A stretch of DNA of 64,000 nt from an uncultured bacterium (GTDB lineage Bacteria > Oederibacteriota > JAAXVQ01 > JAUVAV01). Below the pieces are notes generated by a model. It worked only from the letters and a program-made list of their open reading frames with translations. It searched no databases and was not told where the DNA came from. Shown here one piece after another: positions 27,925 through 37,703 of the stretch. The stretch spans positions 1,376,001-1,440,000 of the forward strand of contig CAVQBK010000003.1 in NCBI GenBank assembly GCA_963710755.1, in the 5' to 3' direction. Position 1 is the stretch's first letter, and every line of letters starts with the position of its first letter. The translations under genes and the position numbers were made by a program.

Positions 27925-28164
27925 GTCATCACCTCCAGCTGGAGTTGACTATATGTTATCACAGTCACCAGGGGATGCAACCTGGATATGGTTTTTTTGA
28001 AGAGGGGCGTTCGGATGCCGATGAAGTCAGGGAAGGGACGTACAGGCCTGCCATTGGCCTTGCCAAAGACGGCGTTAAGGTGAATACTGTATCCGCACCA
28101 TAAGGGTGCGGAATCATCCCGCCATACTTTTGATCTGACACGAGACGAGGGAGTCAACCTTGCA

Positions 28165-28965
28165 ATGAAAAACCCTTTGAACTTATGCAATGATATCTCT
28201 GGGGAAACCAATACTGCTCCTGTCCTTACTGTACAACACCTGACGAAAGCCTACGGCACCATGGTGGCGGTAGACAACATCGCTTTTACGGTGGGCCGAG
28301 GTGAAATCGTAGGTCTGCTGGGACCTAACGGCGCAGGCAAGACCACGACCATCAATATGCTGCTGGGGGTTCTTACACCAGACGACGGCCATATTTTCGT
28401 TGAAGACATGGATATTAGGGAAAAGCGGAGCCAAGCTCTGGAAAAGACCAATTTCTCCGCGGTTTACACCCCCTTGCCCGGCAATCTGACGGTTTATCAG
28501 AATCTGCGTGTCTTCGGCATGTTGTACACTGTCAAGGACTTGCATACCAGGATTGAGGTTCTGCTTGACCAATTTGACCTGAGCAAATTTAAGAAGGTGA
28601 AATGCGGACTGCTTTCCTCAGGGGAACAGTCCCGCCTTTCTCTGGCCAAAGCCATGATCAATTCACCGAGACTGCTGCTCTTGGACGAACCCACGGCATC
28701 CCTTGATCCTGCCTCGGCCCGCGAGTTGTCCACCCAGATCAGGGAGCAGGTCATGGCTTGCCGTGCCGGGGCCTTGTGGACGTCGCATAATATGGTGGAG
28801 GTGGAGCGGATCTGCGACCGCGTGCTTTTTCTTTCCCAAGGGAAAATACTACTGGAAGGCAACCCCAAAACACTACCGCAGGAACACGGGCAGGCCACCC
28901 TGGAAGACCTTTTTATCAAAGTGGCTCGCGAACCACTTACTAACAACCAGGAGGGACAGCAGTGA
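28165..28965 (+). CDS. ABC exporter ATP-binding protein
   Basis: GPNGAGKTT, LSSGE, LLLDEPT and TSH. Confidence 0.93.
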   Translation: MKNPLNLCNDISGETNTAPVLTVQHLTKAYGTMVAVDNIAFTVGRGEIVGLLGPNGAGKTTTINMLLGVLTPDDGHIFVEDMDIREKRSQALEKTNFSAVYTPLPGNLTVYQNLRVFGMLYTVKDLHTRIEVLLDQFDLSKFKKVKCGLLSSGEQSRLSLAKAMINSPRLLLLDEPTASLDPASARELSTQIREQVMACRAGALWTSHNMVEVERICDRVLFLSQGKILLEGNPKTLPQEHGQATLEDLFIKVAREPLTNNQEGQQ

Positions 28966-29765
28966 ATCCAACCCGAATCATGGCAGTGGTTTTGCGCATA
29001 GCTTACCTCATACGAGGCAGCTTCTCCCGGATTGTGCCCATTTTTGCCTGGGTGGCGGTAGACATGATTCTATGGGGATTTATTACGAAATATTTTGGGC
29101 AGCATATGTCGCCGCAGGTGGCGCTGGTGCCGGCGTTGTTGGGGGCGGTGTTGTTTTGGGATTTCATGACCAGAATCATGCAGGGGGTGACCACTACCTT
29201 TTTTGAGGATGTGTGGTCGCGTAATTTTCTGAATATGTTTACAAGCCCTCTCACCATCGGAGAATACCTGTCCGGCCTGGTGGTTTCAAGCATTGCCACT
29301 GGGGCCATCGGTCTGGTGGTCATGGCTGTTTTGGCTACTCTCGTTTTCGGGCTTACCTTCGCTACCTATGGGTTCCTGGTCATTCCTTTTATGCTGGTGC
29401 TTTTTCTCTTTGGAATCGCCTTGGGTATTTTGAGCAGCGCCCTGGTGCTCAGGTTGGGGCCTGCGGCCGAATGGTTTATCTGGCCCATTCCGGCCTTGCT
29501 CTCACCGCTGGCCGGTGTTTATTACCCTTTGTCCACCTTACCAAAATGGATGCAGCTGCTGGCTCATGGTTTGCCTCCGGCCTATGTGTTCGAGAGCCTG
29601 CGGGCGATTGTGGATGGGAAAGCTACTAGTACTGGTACATTGGCCATTGGCGCGGGCCTGTCGGTTTTGTATGTGCTGCTGGCCTGCCTGGTTTTTGTGT
29701 TGACCTACCGCTACGCGGTCAATACAGGCCTTTTTGGCCGTTACAGCGCTGAAAATGTGACCTGA
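28962..29765 (+). CDS. ABC-2 type permease
   Basis: Six hydrophobic segments and AGVYYPLSTLPKW. Overlaps the ATPase stop. Confidence 0.9.
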   Translation: MNPTRIMAVVLRIAYLIRGSFSRIVPIFAWVAVDMILWGFITKYFGQHMSPQVALVPALLGAVLFWDFMTRIMQGVTTTFFEDVWSRNFLNMFTSPLTIGEYLSGLVVSSIATGAIGLVVMAVLATLVFGLTFATYGFLVIPFMLVLFLFGIALGILSSALVLRLGPAAEWFIWPIPALLSPLAGVYYPLSTLPKWMQLLAHGLPPAYVFESLRAIVDGKATSTGTLAIGAGLSVLYVLLACLVFVLTYRYAVNTGLFGRYSAENVT

Positions 29766-29884
29766 ATGATAAACAGGAGATTCTGGCCCTGCGATGAAAC
29801 ATGAAAAAAGTAGCTTGAAAAAGTGGCTGGCACCGGTCTCAAAAGTGAGTATTGGGTTGATATCCAAGGATCAGTGGGGGGGAA

Positions 29885-30556
29885 ATGAAAAAACAGAAGT
29901 ATTTGCAGGCTTGGTATTGGCCTCTTACAGGGATAATTTGTCTGCTGTCATTATTAAGCTGTACTGCACATCGTTCTAATGTAATTTCGGTTCGTACTTC
30001 GACCGCTTTGAACTCTCCAAACAACCCGCCTTATGCGAAAAAAAAACGTCAGCAACCTTTTGACAAAACGGATTTTCGAGAGGATTTGCCTTATCATCAG
30101 CGTCTCGGCACTGATCCGGTTACTGTGCCAAAACATAAGCCTTCATATTCTTATAGCCAAGATGCCAAGGGGTATTTTAACGGTATCAAGATCAAGTCTT
30201 CCTATGAGTCCGCAGGAAGAAGGCTGCTGCTTCATGTAAAAACACCTGGGGATGTTTTTTTACATGAAAAAAATATTGAGACGGACCATGCCCAATTAAT
30301 TCAAGTCAAAGCGGTGGGGGATCATCGCTGGATTCTGGTTTACAAATCTCAATTAAAAGCCAAACGCATCATAACGGCCCTGGCTTTTTGCCGCCAACAA
30401 AAAAGAGGTAAAGTTATACTAACGATAGCCGGTTCGGGGAGTGCTCCATCTGGAAAAATTCTTGAGCGCGAATCTTTGATCATGATGCCGCCCAAAGACG
30501 GGCACTATCCACTGTGTACGCATGGGTCATCGTTTAATCGGGTCGAACCTAACTAA
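29885..30556 (+). CDS. Hypothetical lipoprotein
   Basis: 223-aa ORF with lipobox-like LLSC and an upstream GGGG SD. Family not recognised. Confidence 0.55.
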   Translation: MKKQKYLQAWYWPLTGIICLLSLLSCTAHRSNVISVRTSTALNSPNNPPYAKKKRQQPFDKTDFREDLPYHQRLGTDPVTVPKHKPSYSYSQDAKGYFNGIKIKSSYESAGRRLLLHVKTPGDVFLHEKNIETDHAQLIQVKAVGDHRWILVYKSQLKAKRIITALAFCRQQKRGKVILTIAGSGSAPSGKILERESLIMMPPKDGHYPLCTHGSSFNRVEPN

Positions 30557-30612
30557 GGATTTCTGTGAGCCAGGTGCCGGCCATCAATTGGCCGGCTTAT
30601 GCATCTGGTGCC

Positions 30613-30652
30613 GGCGTTTTTGGGCGCTATAGTGCTGAAAATGTGACCTGAA
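30613..30652 (+). repeat. Diverged duplicate of the ABC permease 3' end (copy of 29727-29766)
   Basis: 35/40 identical with the last 19 bp exact. Encodes GVFGRYSAENVT-stop versus GLFGRYSAENVT-stop. Confidence 0.85.
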
Positions 30653-30669
30653 GAAGGCACCCAGGCGGG

Positions 30670-31752
30670 TTAGTGCTCAAACCGTAAGTGGATAGGTAGA
30701 CCGGTAAAGGTGCTGTAGCGGTCAATTGCAACCTGCAAGGCGTTTTGTTCTTTGGATTTAAGCTTGGTAAAAAAAGTTACCTTAAGGTCAAGGGCATTTT
30801 TATTTATAGCCTTTCTCCATGTTCCTGCCACTTGTCCATTTAAAATAATTACAGCAGTCTGAGCATTGCCTGTGGCAAACATTTTTTCCATTGCCCCATG
30901 GTCACTAAGAGCACCTCGGTCTTTATAGGCGATGGTGTATTCATCAAAAATGGACATTAAATAAACAAAAGGTTTTATCTGCCTGTGAACCGGACGGCTG
31001 TCAGGCAACCAGTAATAGGTTTTTTGATCCATGGTGGTTTGTTCCAAGCCTAAAGAGATGGCCTCGAGCGCGGCTTTGGCATCCTTGACCGAAAGCCCGG
31101 ACCACCAAGCGAAATCAGCCAGTTGGGCCGGCCCGTGGCTCTTGAAATACCTCTGCGCCAACAACTGCAAAGCCTCTTCCCGGTCAGGAACAGATGCTGC
31201 TGGCACCCTCGTCTCCAGAAGGGTGTACGTCAATTGTTTACCACGTTTCGGCCCGCTGCAAATTAGCCCGTCTAATTCCGCCCAAATCACAATATGGGCC
31301 AGCCGCTGAACCGAGGTTTTAATGTCGATTTTTTCCAGCACCAATTTCAATTCTTGCCGGGTAAGGTAAGGCTGCTTTTGTAAAGCTTTCACAATCGCCT
31401 TATTGGTTGTGGAGAACAACGCTTCATCGAGATCAAGCTTTCGGTTGTACGAGGACAGCAGGCGCTTCACCTGCGGAGCCGTCCATTTCAGCATCCAACG
31501 GATATCTTGGGGAATAACAAAATGCCAGGTTGGGCGCATGACATGGGTGCGCAAAATAGTACCTTCGTTATAGGCGCGCTCAATATCATGGTCAAGCGTA
31601 TCCTTGATCCGCAGTCCCAGTGCCCACTTGGCAGCCGTAAAATCCTGCGCCTGGAGCGCGCCCAAATGGGCGATGGCCTCCGCAGGATGGTTGAATGCCT
31701 GGATCAAGCCGCTATTCCAAAGCCGTAAATTGAGCAGGTCTGATGTTTTCAT
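30670..31752 (-). CDS. AlkZ/YcaQ (HTH_42) family DNA glycosylase
   Basis: GALQAQD, RTHVMRPTWH, YFKSHGPA..DFAWWSGL and FDEY. Confidence 0.88.
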   Translation of the reverse strand: MKTSDLLNLRLWNSGLIQAFNHPAEAIAHLGALQAQDFTAAKWALGLRIKDTLDHDIERAYNEGTILRTHVMRPTWHFVIPQDIRWMLKWTAPQVKRLLSSYNRKLDLDEALFSTTNKAIVKALQKQPYLTRQELKLVLEKIDIKTSVQRLAHIVIWAELDGLICSGPKRGKQLTYTLLETRVPAASVPDREEALQLLAQRYFKSHGPAQLADFAWWSGLSVKDAKAALEAISLGLEQTTMDQKTYYWLPDSRPVHRQIKPFVYLMSIFDEYTIAYKDRGALSDHGAMEKMFATGNAQTAVIILNGQVAGTWRKAINKNALDLKVTFFTKLKSKEQNALQVAIDRYSTFTGLPIHLRFEH

Positions 31753-31903
31753 AGCCGTGGCCTCTGATGGGTTGCGCTTTCTTACACTTTTATTCTTAAG
31801 ACTCCTGGAAAAGATGCAGGAATAAACCTTTGTTGCTATAATAACCTGTTTTTGGTTGTGGGCGTACTATTTTAAGTTCGCCGGTAGATGAAAGCAGGCA
31901 GTT

Positions 31904-32224
31904 ATGGAAGCTTTTACTCAAGCAGTGATCACGATCATAAAAAGGATACCCAGAGGCAAAGTCTGCAGTTATGGCCAGGTCGCCGCGATGGCCGGACAAC
32001 CTGCCGGAGCCAGGCAGGTGGTAAGAATTATCCACGCCATGAGCCGCAAATACCATCTTCCCTGGCATAGGCTGATTAATGGCAAGGGGCATATTAGTCT
32101 GCCCAAATCAGCAGGCTATGAAGAGCAAAAAATGCGCCTGCAAATGGAAGGCGTCATCTTTGGTGAAAAGGACCAAGTAAACTTTGCCGATTACCTCTGG
32201 AAGCCAAAAAACATTAAAAAATAG
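31904..32224 (+). CDS. atl: Alkyltransferase-like protein (ATL, MGMT family)
   Basis: IPRGKVCSYGQVA and GARQV. PWHR replaces the catalytic PCHR. Confidence 0.88.
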   Translation: MEAFTQAVITIIKRIPRGKVCSYGQVAAMAGQPAGARQVVRIIHAMSRKYHLPWHRLINGKGHISLPKSAGYEEQKMRLQMEGVIFGEKDQVNFADYLWKPKNIKK

Positions 32225-32343
32225 GCAATTGTCAAAGCAAGGGCTTGGCGCTATACTGTGTTCAATTAATCCTTACATCCAGCCGACATTAAAGAGCAGG
32301 CGCTGTTGTGAGGGAACACCAATCAGTATTAGGGAGGGACGCT

Positions 32344-33015
32344 ATGAAAAAAATAGTGATGCTGATGTTGGTAGTAACTGCAGTTGTTTTTACTGGATGT
32401 GGTCAGTCACCGACAGCGCCAAAACCATCGGGAACTTCGACAGATTTTTCAACCCAGGGTCAGACTGTAATTTTGGAAAACGGTGCTGTGGAAAGCGATG
32501 TGGACTTAAGCCCCAACGGCCATGATGACGTTAAAGGTATAGGAAAACACCAGGGCGAATTGAAGTGGCTGGATGTTAAAATCATTTATCTTGACCCTCA
32601 GTTTTATACGGAAAAAGGCTTGGCGGGCTATTATATCGGTCAGCCCATGGCTTTTGAAGTTCATATTAAAAACCTGGGCCCCCGGACTTTCAAGCACCTT
32701 GATATTACGGCTATTCAGGAATATTATGAATCAGGCGTTTGCGACCGCTGGTGGTATCCTTACCCGCAAAGCGTCACCTATAATAAAGGCCAAGCCTTAC
32801 CTGGGGACTCTACTCAGCTCTGGCAGGATATCGAGATTGGACCGCATTCCGAAAAAGTTCTGCAAGCCACTTTTGTTTCTCCCATGGAATCCTGTGCGGG
32901 CTTGGATCAGACTCATTTAATAATCGCCCACACCAACCAGGGGCGAGAGCTGGCAGCAGCCATGTATTATAATCCTGAAGCTGCCGTATATTGCCCGCCC
33001 CGACCGGCAAAATAA
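32344..33015 (+). CDS. Hypothetical lipoprotein
   Basis: SD GGGAGG, signal peptide with lipobox FTGC and a beta-rich mature part. Confidence 0.7.
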   Translation: MKKIVMLMLVVTAVVFTGCGQSPTAPKPSGTSTDFSTQGQTVILENGAVESDVDLSPNGHDDVKGIGKHQGELKWLDVKIIYLDPQFYTEKGLAGYYIGQPMAFEVHIKNLGPRTFKHLDITAIQEYYESGVCDRWWYPYPQSVTYNKGQALPGDSTQLWQDIEIGPHSEKVLQATFVSPMESCAGLDQTHLIIAHTNQGRELAAAMYYNPEAAVYCPPRPAK

Positions 33016-33079
33016 TTTTACATTAACATTTTAATCAATATGCTAAGTCATGATAATCCTGCCGAAGTGGAAGGCAGAA

Positions 33080-33121
33080 AAAATAAACGAGCCATCCTGC
33101 AAAGGTTGGCTCGTTTATTTT
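33080..33121. terminator. Bidirectional terminator
   Basis: Perfect 15-bp IR AAAATAAACGAGCCA/TGGCTCGTTTATTTT. Confidence 0.8.
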
Positions 33122-33154
33122 AACTACTTATTGCACGCGACCAAAGGAACCGTC

Positions 33155-33823
33155 ATGGTACTTAAACAAAGCTTGCGAATCCTCGGCATGGGGGGACTAC
33201 TTTACCTGGGCTACTTGGTGTTTTTCAAATTTCATTATATGCAGGCCAGAATTTTTCTGGCGGTGTGGCTCGCTTTTAGCCTGGTGGTGCAGGTACTTTT
33301 TCGCAACAAAAAAGATCTGATGAAAGAGAGAAGCCGGCCTGGGCCCAATGTCCCGAAGTGGGACCGGATTTTGGTGCTGCTGTTTCAGCTGATGACCATT
33401 GTGACTTTTGAAGTTTCCGCCTGGGATGCAGGTTATACGCGGCTGTCTCCGGCTTTGCCCCTGGGCTTGTATATGAGTGCTTATGCACTGCTGCTTGGCG
33501 GCCTGGCCTTATCCCTGTGGGCCATGCACACCAATGATTTTTTTTCCAGCATGGTCAGGATACAAAAAGACCGGAATCAACGGGTGATCGACAGCGGGCC
33601 TTACCTTTGGATGCGGCATCCGGGATATGCTGGCTCCATGGTCACCAATGTGATGATCCCCCTGGTGCTGGGCTCTCTGTGGGGACTAATCCCAGCGCTG
33701 TTGTTTGTGGTTGTCCTGTGGATACGGACTGCCTGGGAAGATGTCTACTTGCAGGAAAAGTTACCAGGCTACAAAGCCTATGCCCGAAAAGTCGGTTGGC
33801 GGCTGGTGCCGAAATTGTGGTGA
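33155..33823 (+). CDS. Isoprenylcysteine carboxyl methyltransferase (ICMT/PEMT) family membrane protein
   Basis: FFSSMVRIQ, VIDSGPYLWMRHPGY and ED..L...LPGYKAY...RLVP. Confidence 0.88.
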   Translation: MVLKQSLRILGMGGLLYLGYLVFFKFHYMQARIFLAVWLAFSLVVQVLFRNKKDLMKERSRPGPNVPKWDRILVLLFQLMTIVTFEVSAWDAGYTRLSPALPLGLYMSAYALLLGGLALSLWAMHTNDFFSSMVRIQKDRNQRVIDSGPYLWMRHPGYAGSMVTNVMIPLVLGSLWGLIPALLFVVVLWIRTAWEDVYLQEKLPGYKAYARKVGWRLVPKLW

Positions 33824-33919
33824 GAACTATCTGTGGTCATCAGCCCTGCCTGATGGGGTGTCTCGTGATAGGGTGGTACCTAGCCGCGGTTATCCGAAAT
33901 TAACAGGGGGATCAAAACC

Positions 33920-34753
33920 ATGAGTCTGCAAGCAACCATTAAACGCCATCCTTTAATCGCTTTTTTTATAATGACCTACCTTATTTCCTGGGCCTTGTGG
34001 GGCATCCTGATACTCACCACGCCTGCGGGAGCGCTGCTCCATAAAGGTCCCACTCCCGGCTTTCTGGTGCTGGCGCTTCTGGGTGGGTTTGGCCCCAGCC
34101 TGGCCGGGCTGTTGGTGGCCTGGCTCAGCGGGGGCAGGACTGCTTTGAAAAGTCTTTTTGTCCAGCCCGGCAAGCATGGTTCCAGGATGCTTTGGGGAAT
34201 GCTGGCCTTGCTGGCAGCGCCGGTTATTAATTTGATGTTGCTCATTCTTTTTGCCCAAGCTGGTAATCCATTGCCCTTGGCCGCGATCGGGCCCAAACTG
34301 GGCTTGGGCCTCACCTGGCCTCTGTTGGCTGCCCTGGGCGAGGAGATCGGATGGCGCGGGTTTGCGCTTCCCCGTTTGCAAGATCGTCGTTCAGCGCTTA
34401 GCTCGGCGATTTGGATAGGCCTGGCCTGGGGCTTGTGGCATCTGCCTGCCGATTATTTGGGCATTGGCGATCAAGGCAGGCTGTTCTGGATCAATTTCCT
34501 GCTGTTGGGGCCTGTATTGCTAACAGCCTATTCCATCCTTATCACCTTCTTTTACAACCGGACCAAGAGTTTGTGGGTAGCACTTTTATTTCATTATGGT
34601 CTGACTTTCAGCGCCATGGTCCTGGCACCCCAGGGGTTGACAGCCCGGGCCAGCCTGCAGGTGAAGGTGGCGAGCGTAGCCTTGGCCTGGCTGGCGGCCA
34701 TGCTGGTTATTCGCAGCACCCGCGGGACTTTGGGTACATTAAAAGAGCAATAG
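33920..34753 (+). CDS. CPBP (Abi/CAAX) family intramembrane metalloprotease
   Basis: EEIGWRG, WGLWHLP and ALLFH. Confidence 0.9.
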   Translation: MSLQATIKRHPLIAFFIMTYLISWALWGILILTTPAGALLHKGPTPGFLVLALLGGFGPSLAGLLVAWLSGGRTALKSLFVQPGKHGSRMLWGMLALLAAPVINLMLLILFAQAGNPLPLAAIGPKLGLGLTWPLLAALGEEIGWRGFALPRLQDRRSALSSAIWIGLAWGLWHLPADYLGIGDQGRLFWINFLLLGPVLLTAYSILITFFYNRTKSLWVALLFHYGLTFSAMVLAPQGLTARASLQVKVASVALAWLAAMLVIRSTRGTLGTLKEQ

Positions 34754-35062
34754 GTGCCACCCCTTTACACAAGCACGCAAAGTGGGTGAAATCAAGGCGG
34801 TCTTAAAACCTATTTCAGATCAGCAATGCCTGGTGATGGGGTGGGGACGGTTCGCCGGAGAAACTATCGAAGCTTCAGTCACTTCCGGCCGGACTAATCT
34901 GCGTGTTTTTGGTTTGAAGTTGACCAAAGCCGAATGACCATAGACTTCAAGATAATTGATTACTGGACCCGGCCAATCCAACATCTCTCAAAGCACAACA
35001 AGATTTCTAAACTTCTCATTCTTCAATAAAACATCTGAATTATAATTAATAAAATGGAAAAA

Positions 35063-35116
35063 TAATATTACCCGGATAAAATGTTGACAACCTAATATTA
35101 CCCGGGTAATATTAGG
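35063..35116 (+). promoter_or_regulatory. Sigma70 promoter overlapped by a perfect 26-bp palindromic operator, plus a second partial site
   Basis: TTGACA 35084-35089, 17-bp spacer, TAATAT 35107-35112. Palindrome CCTAATATTACCCGGGTAATATTAGG at 35091-35116. Related site TAATATTACCCGGATAAAAT at 35063-35082. Confidence 0.85.
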
Positions 35117-35140
35117 GAAATATATTAAGGAGCATTAACC

Positions 35141-35767
35141 ATGACAGATTCAACTCCAATGACTTGCACGGCTTTTGAAGGTTTTAACACCCTTGCTTCA
35201 GGCGAGGTGGCAACTGTAGCCCAAAAGGCAAAAGAATTTTTAGACAGCCATCCCCATGCTTCTATTCTGATTTTTAACGATACGACCAGCGAACAAATGG
35301 AATTGGATTTTCGCGGTACTATGGATGAGGTGTTGCAGCGGCTGGAAAATAATCCCGAGACCAGCAGGGCAGCAGATCCTATGGAAATGCAATCGCAGCG
35401 CGGTCCGGGAAGACCCAAGTTGGGTGTCGTGGCCCGCGAGATTACTTTATTGCCCAGACATTGGGACTGGCTCAATGGGCAACCTGGCGGGGCCTCGGTG
35501 GCGCTGCGTAAGTTGGTGGACCAGGCAAGACACATCTTGGCTGGCGCTGATCAATTGCGCCAGGCGCAGGAGGCCTGCTATCGCTTTATGTCGGCCATGG
35601 CCGGGAACCTGCCCCATTTCGAGGACGCCACCCGCGCGCTCTTCAGCCGTGATCAGGCGCGTTTTAACATGCTGGTCGAGGCTTGGCCTGGTGGTGTGCG
35701 GGACCATGTTAAAAAGCTGGCAGTCAATGCTTTTCAGAAGAAGGGTGAGGGGCGAAGGATTGACTAA
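35141..35767 (+). CDS. DUF2239-family protein
   Basis: RGPGRPKLGVVAREITLLPRHWDWL..QPGGASVALRKLVD and AGNLPHFEDATRALF. Confidence 0.9.
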   Translation: MTDSTPMTCTAFEGFNTLASGEVATVAQKAKEFLDSHPHASILIFNDTTSEQMELDFRGTMDEVLQRLENNPETSRAADPMEMQSQRGPGRPKLGVVAREITLLPRHWDWLNGQPGGASVALRKLVDQARHILAGADQLRQAQEACYRFMSAMAGNLPHFEDATRALFSRDQARFNMLVEAWPGGVRDHVKKLAVNAFQKKGEGRRID

Positions 35768-36253
35768 GTCCTGGGTCGCGGTTACTCGAGGCAGGCAAAG
35801 ATGGACATTTTGCTTGGCGGTTAAGCTGTTATGGGTTGCCCTTAAAGCAAATAAGACTATTTCACTGTAATTTATTCTCTATTTAATAAAATGCTTCATA
35901 ATTTACCTGGCTTATACGGTTCATAAAGGATAAGTTACTTTAGATCCGTATTTTTTATTGACAAGTACTTTGGTGATGTTTAAAATCCAACCACACGACA
36001 GAGGGATAGTGCATTGCTTTTTCGCGGGACTTTGCTTTTTGTAAGACGTTTTTACGGTCATGGCTTGAGGCCAAGTTCTGCGAAACTGTTCTTTGATAGT
36101 TGGAATGCAAACTCTGTTGCTCACCCTTCGCCCCTTCACTTTTCTTAAACGCCGCCCATGAATGCTGCACCCCGTTTGCACTTCCCAAGGCTATTTTATA
36201 AATTTTTAAAATGGTTGTGTCTGTTTTAACCATCACGATTTTAAGGAGTTGCC

Positions 36254-36475
36254 ATGAGCAAACTTATCGGTCCGATCTTGCTGGTGCTGGGGCTTGCCAC
36301 CTTGAACGGCTGCGTGACGGTCCACCAGATTGACCGGGAAAACTTATCCCGCCGTATTATGCAATTCGAGCCTTCCCCCAATGACCAGGCTTTTATCAAT
36401 GAATATCATTCCATTCGCGAGGGCGCTTCCGGCGGTACCGGCCAGAGTGCGGGAGGTGGCTGTGGCTGCAACTAG
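36254..36475 (+). CDS. DUF4266-family lipoprotein
   Basis: Lipobox LNGC and C-terminal REGASGG...GGGCGCN. Confidence 0.88.
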   Translation: MSKLIGPILLVLGLATLNGCVTVHQIDRENLSRRIMQFEPSPNDQAFINEYHSIREGASGGTGQSAGGGCGCN

Positions 36476-37703
36476 AACACTCCTGTTTACTTTGCTTATT
36501 TTGGTTTTGATCGAGACGGCGGCGCTGGCGGAAACCTCAGTTGAATTCCTGGTGAATTTCCTGCAACAAAATGGGCAAGGCGGCAAACAAGTGATCGACG
36601 GGTCGGGGAACCAGGAACTTAAGCTTTATGAACCCATCATTTTCGTGGATACCCAATTGACGGAAACCACCAATTTTCATATCGAGGGTGTTTACGATTC
36701 TTTTTCCAGCGCCTCGGCCAGGGCGTTTGATCTTGCTACCGGCGCTTCAGCCAAAAATGCGGATGCCACTACCGGCGCTTCCCTGCTTTCAACCCAAGCC
36801 GAGGAAGAGGATGGCCAAGAGGCTAGGGAACATGGCCTGGAGGATGACGGAGAGGACGGCGGGGAAACAAGCACATCCAGTCAAAACGTCTGGGAATCGC
36901 GGCGTGCCATTGATCTGAGCATTGCCCAAAAGCTGGGGACGTGGGTGTTCGTGCCGTCCTTCGGGACTTCAGCGGAGTATGATTATATTTCCCGTCATGG
37001 GGGCTTAGCACTTCAGAAGTCATTTGCAGAGGATAATTTTATCGTTTCTTTGGGCGCTTTCTATTATCAGGACTCAGTGTATGCTTTCGACATGGCTACC
37101 GGCTTGTTTACCCGGTGGACGCCCAAACTGACGCGTTCTTACAACCTCAGTCTTTCCCAACTATTGGGTCCTATGGACGTTATTCTGTTGGGCGGAAGCT
37201 ATACGCTCCAGACGGGCTTGCTCTCCTCGATTTCCAACACGGTCGTGGTCCCCCAGGGAAGAGTACAGGAAGTTTTGCCCAACAGCAGGGACAAATGGAC
37301 AGGTACCGTGCGTTATATTCATGGTTTTTCACCGATCTTGGCAGCCCATGTCGATTACCGCTATTATACTGATAACTGGGGGATTGTGGCCAACACGGTC
37401 GAGCCCTCGCTTGTGTTCGGCACTGAGGAAGAAACCGATTTACTACAGATTGCTTACCGCCATCATTTTCAACAGGGTACCCGTTATTATGGCGACAGCT
37501 TTCCTGCAGCCACTGGTTTTATGACCTCTGATTCTGATTTACAGACCTTTACAGCCCGGGAAGTGAGACTTCACTACGAACATCATTGGGATCTCCCCGA
37601 TTGGCTGAAAAGCATTGCCGGCAGTGCCACCGTGGCGTATTACGTCCGGGATAATGATCTGCAGGCATGGCTGTTTCAGCTTGGCCTAAGCGGCGTGTTT
37701 TAA
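36462..37703 (+). CDS. DUF3570-family outer-membrane beta-barrel with putative flavinylation motifs
   Basis: A GTG start overlaps the DUF4266 end. Motifs DLATGAS, DATTGAS, EYDYIS, EVLPNSR, YRYYTDNWGI and TSDSDL; terminal Phe. Confidence 0.85.
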   Translation: MAATRTLLFTLLILVLIETAALAETSVEFLVNFLQQNGQGGKQVIDGSGNQELKLYEPIIFVDTQLTETTNFHIEGVYDSFSSASARAFDLATGASAKNADATTGASLLSTQAEEEDGQEAREHGLEDDGEDGGETSTSSQNVWESRRAIDLSIAQKLGTWVFVPSFGTSAEYDYISRHGGLALQKSFAEDNFIVSLGAFYYQDSVYAFDMATGLFTRWTPKLTRSYNLSLSQLLGPMDVILLGGSYTLQTGLLSSISNTVVVPQGRVQEVLPNSRDKWTGTVRYIHGFSPILAAHVDYRYYTDNWGIVANTVEPSLVFGTEEETDLLQIAYRHHFQQGTRYYGDSFPAATGFMTSDSDLQTFTAREVRLHYEHHWDLPDWLKSIAGSATVAYYVRDNDLQAWLFQLGLSGVF

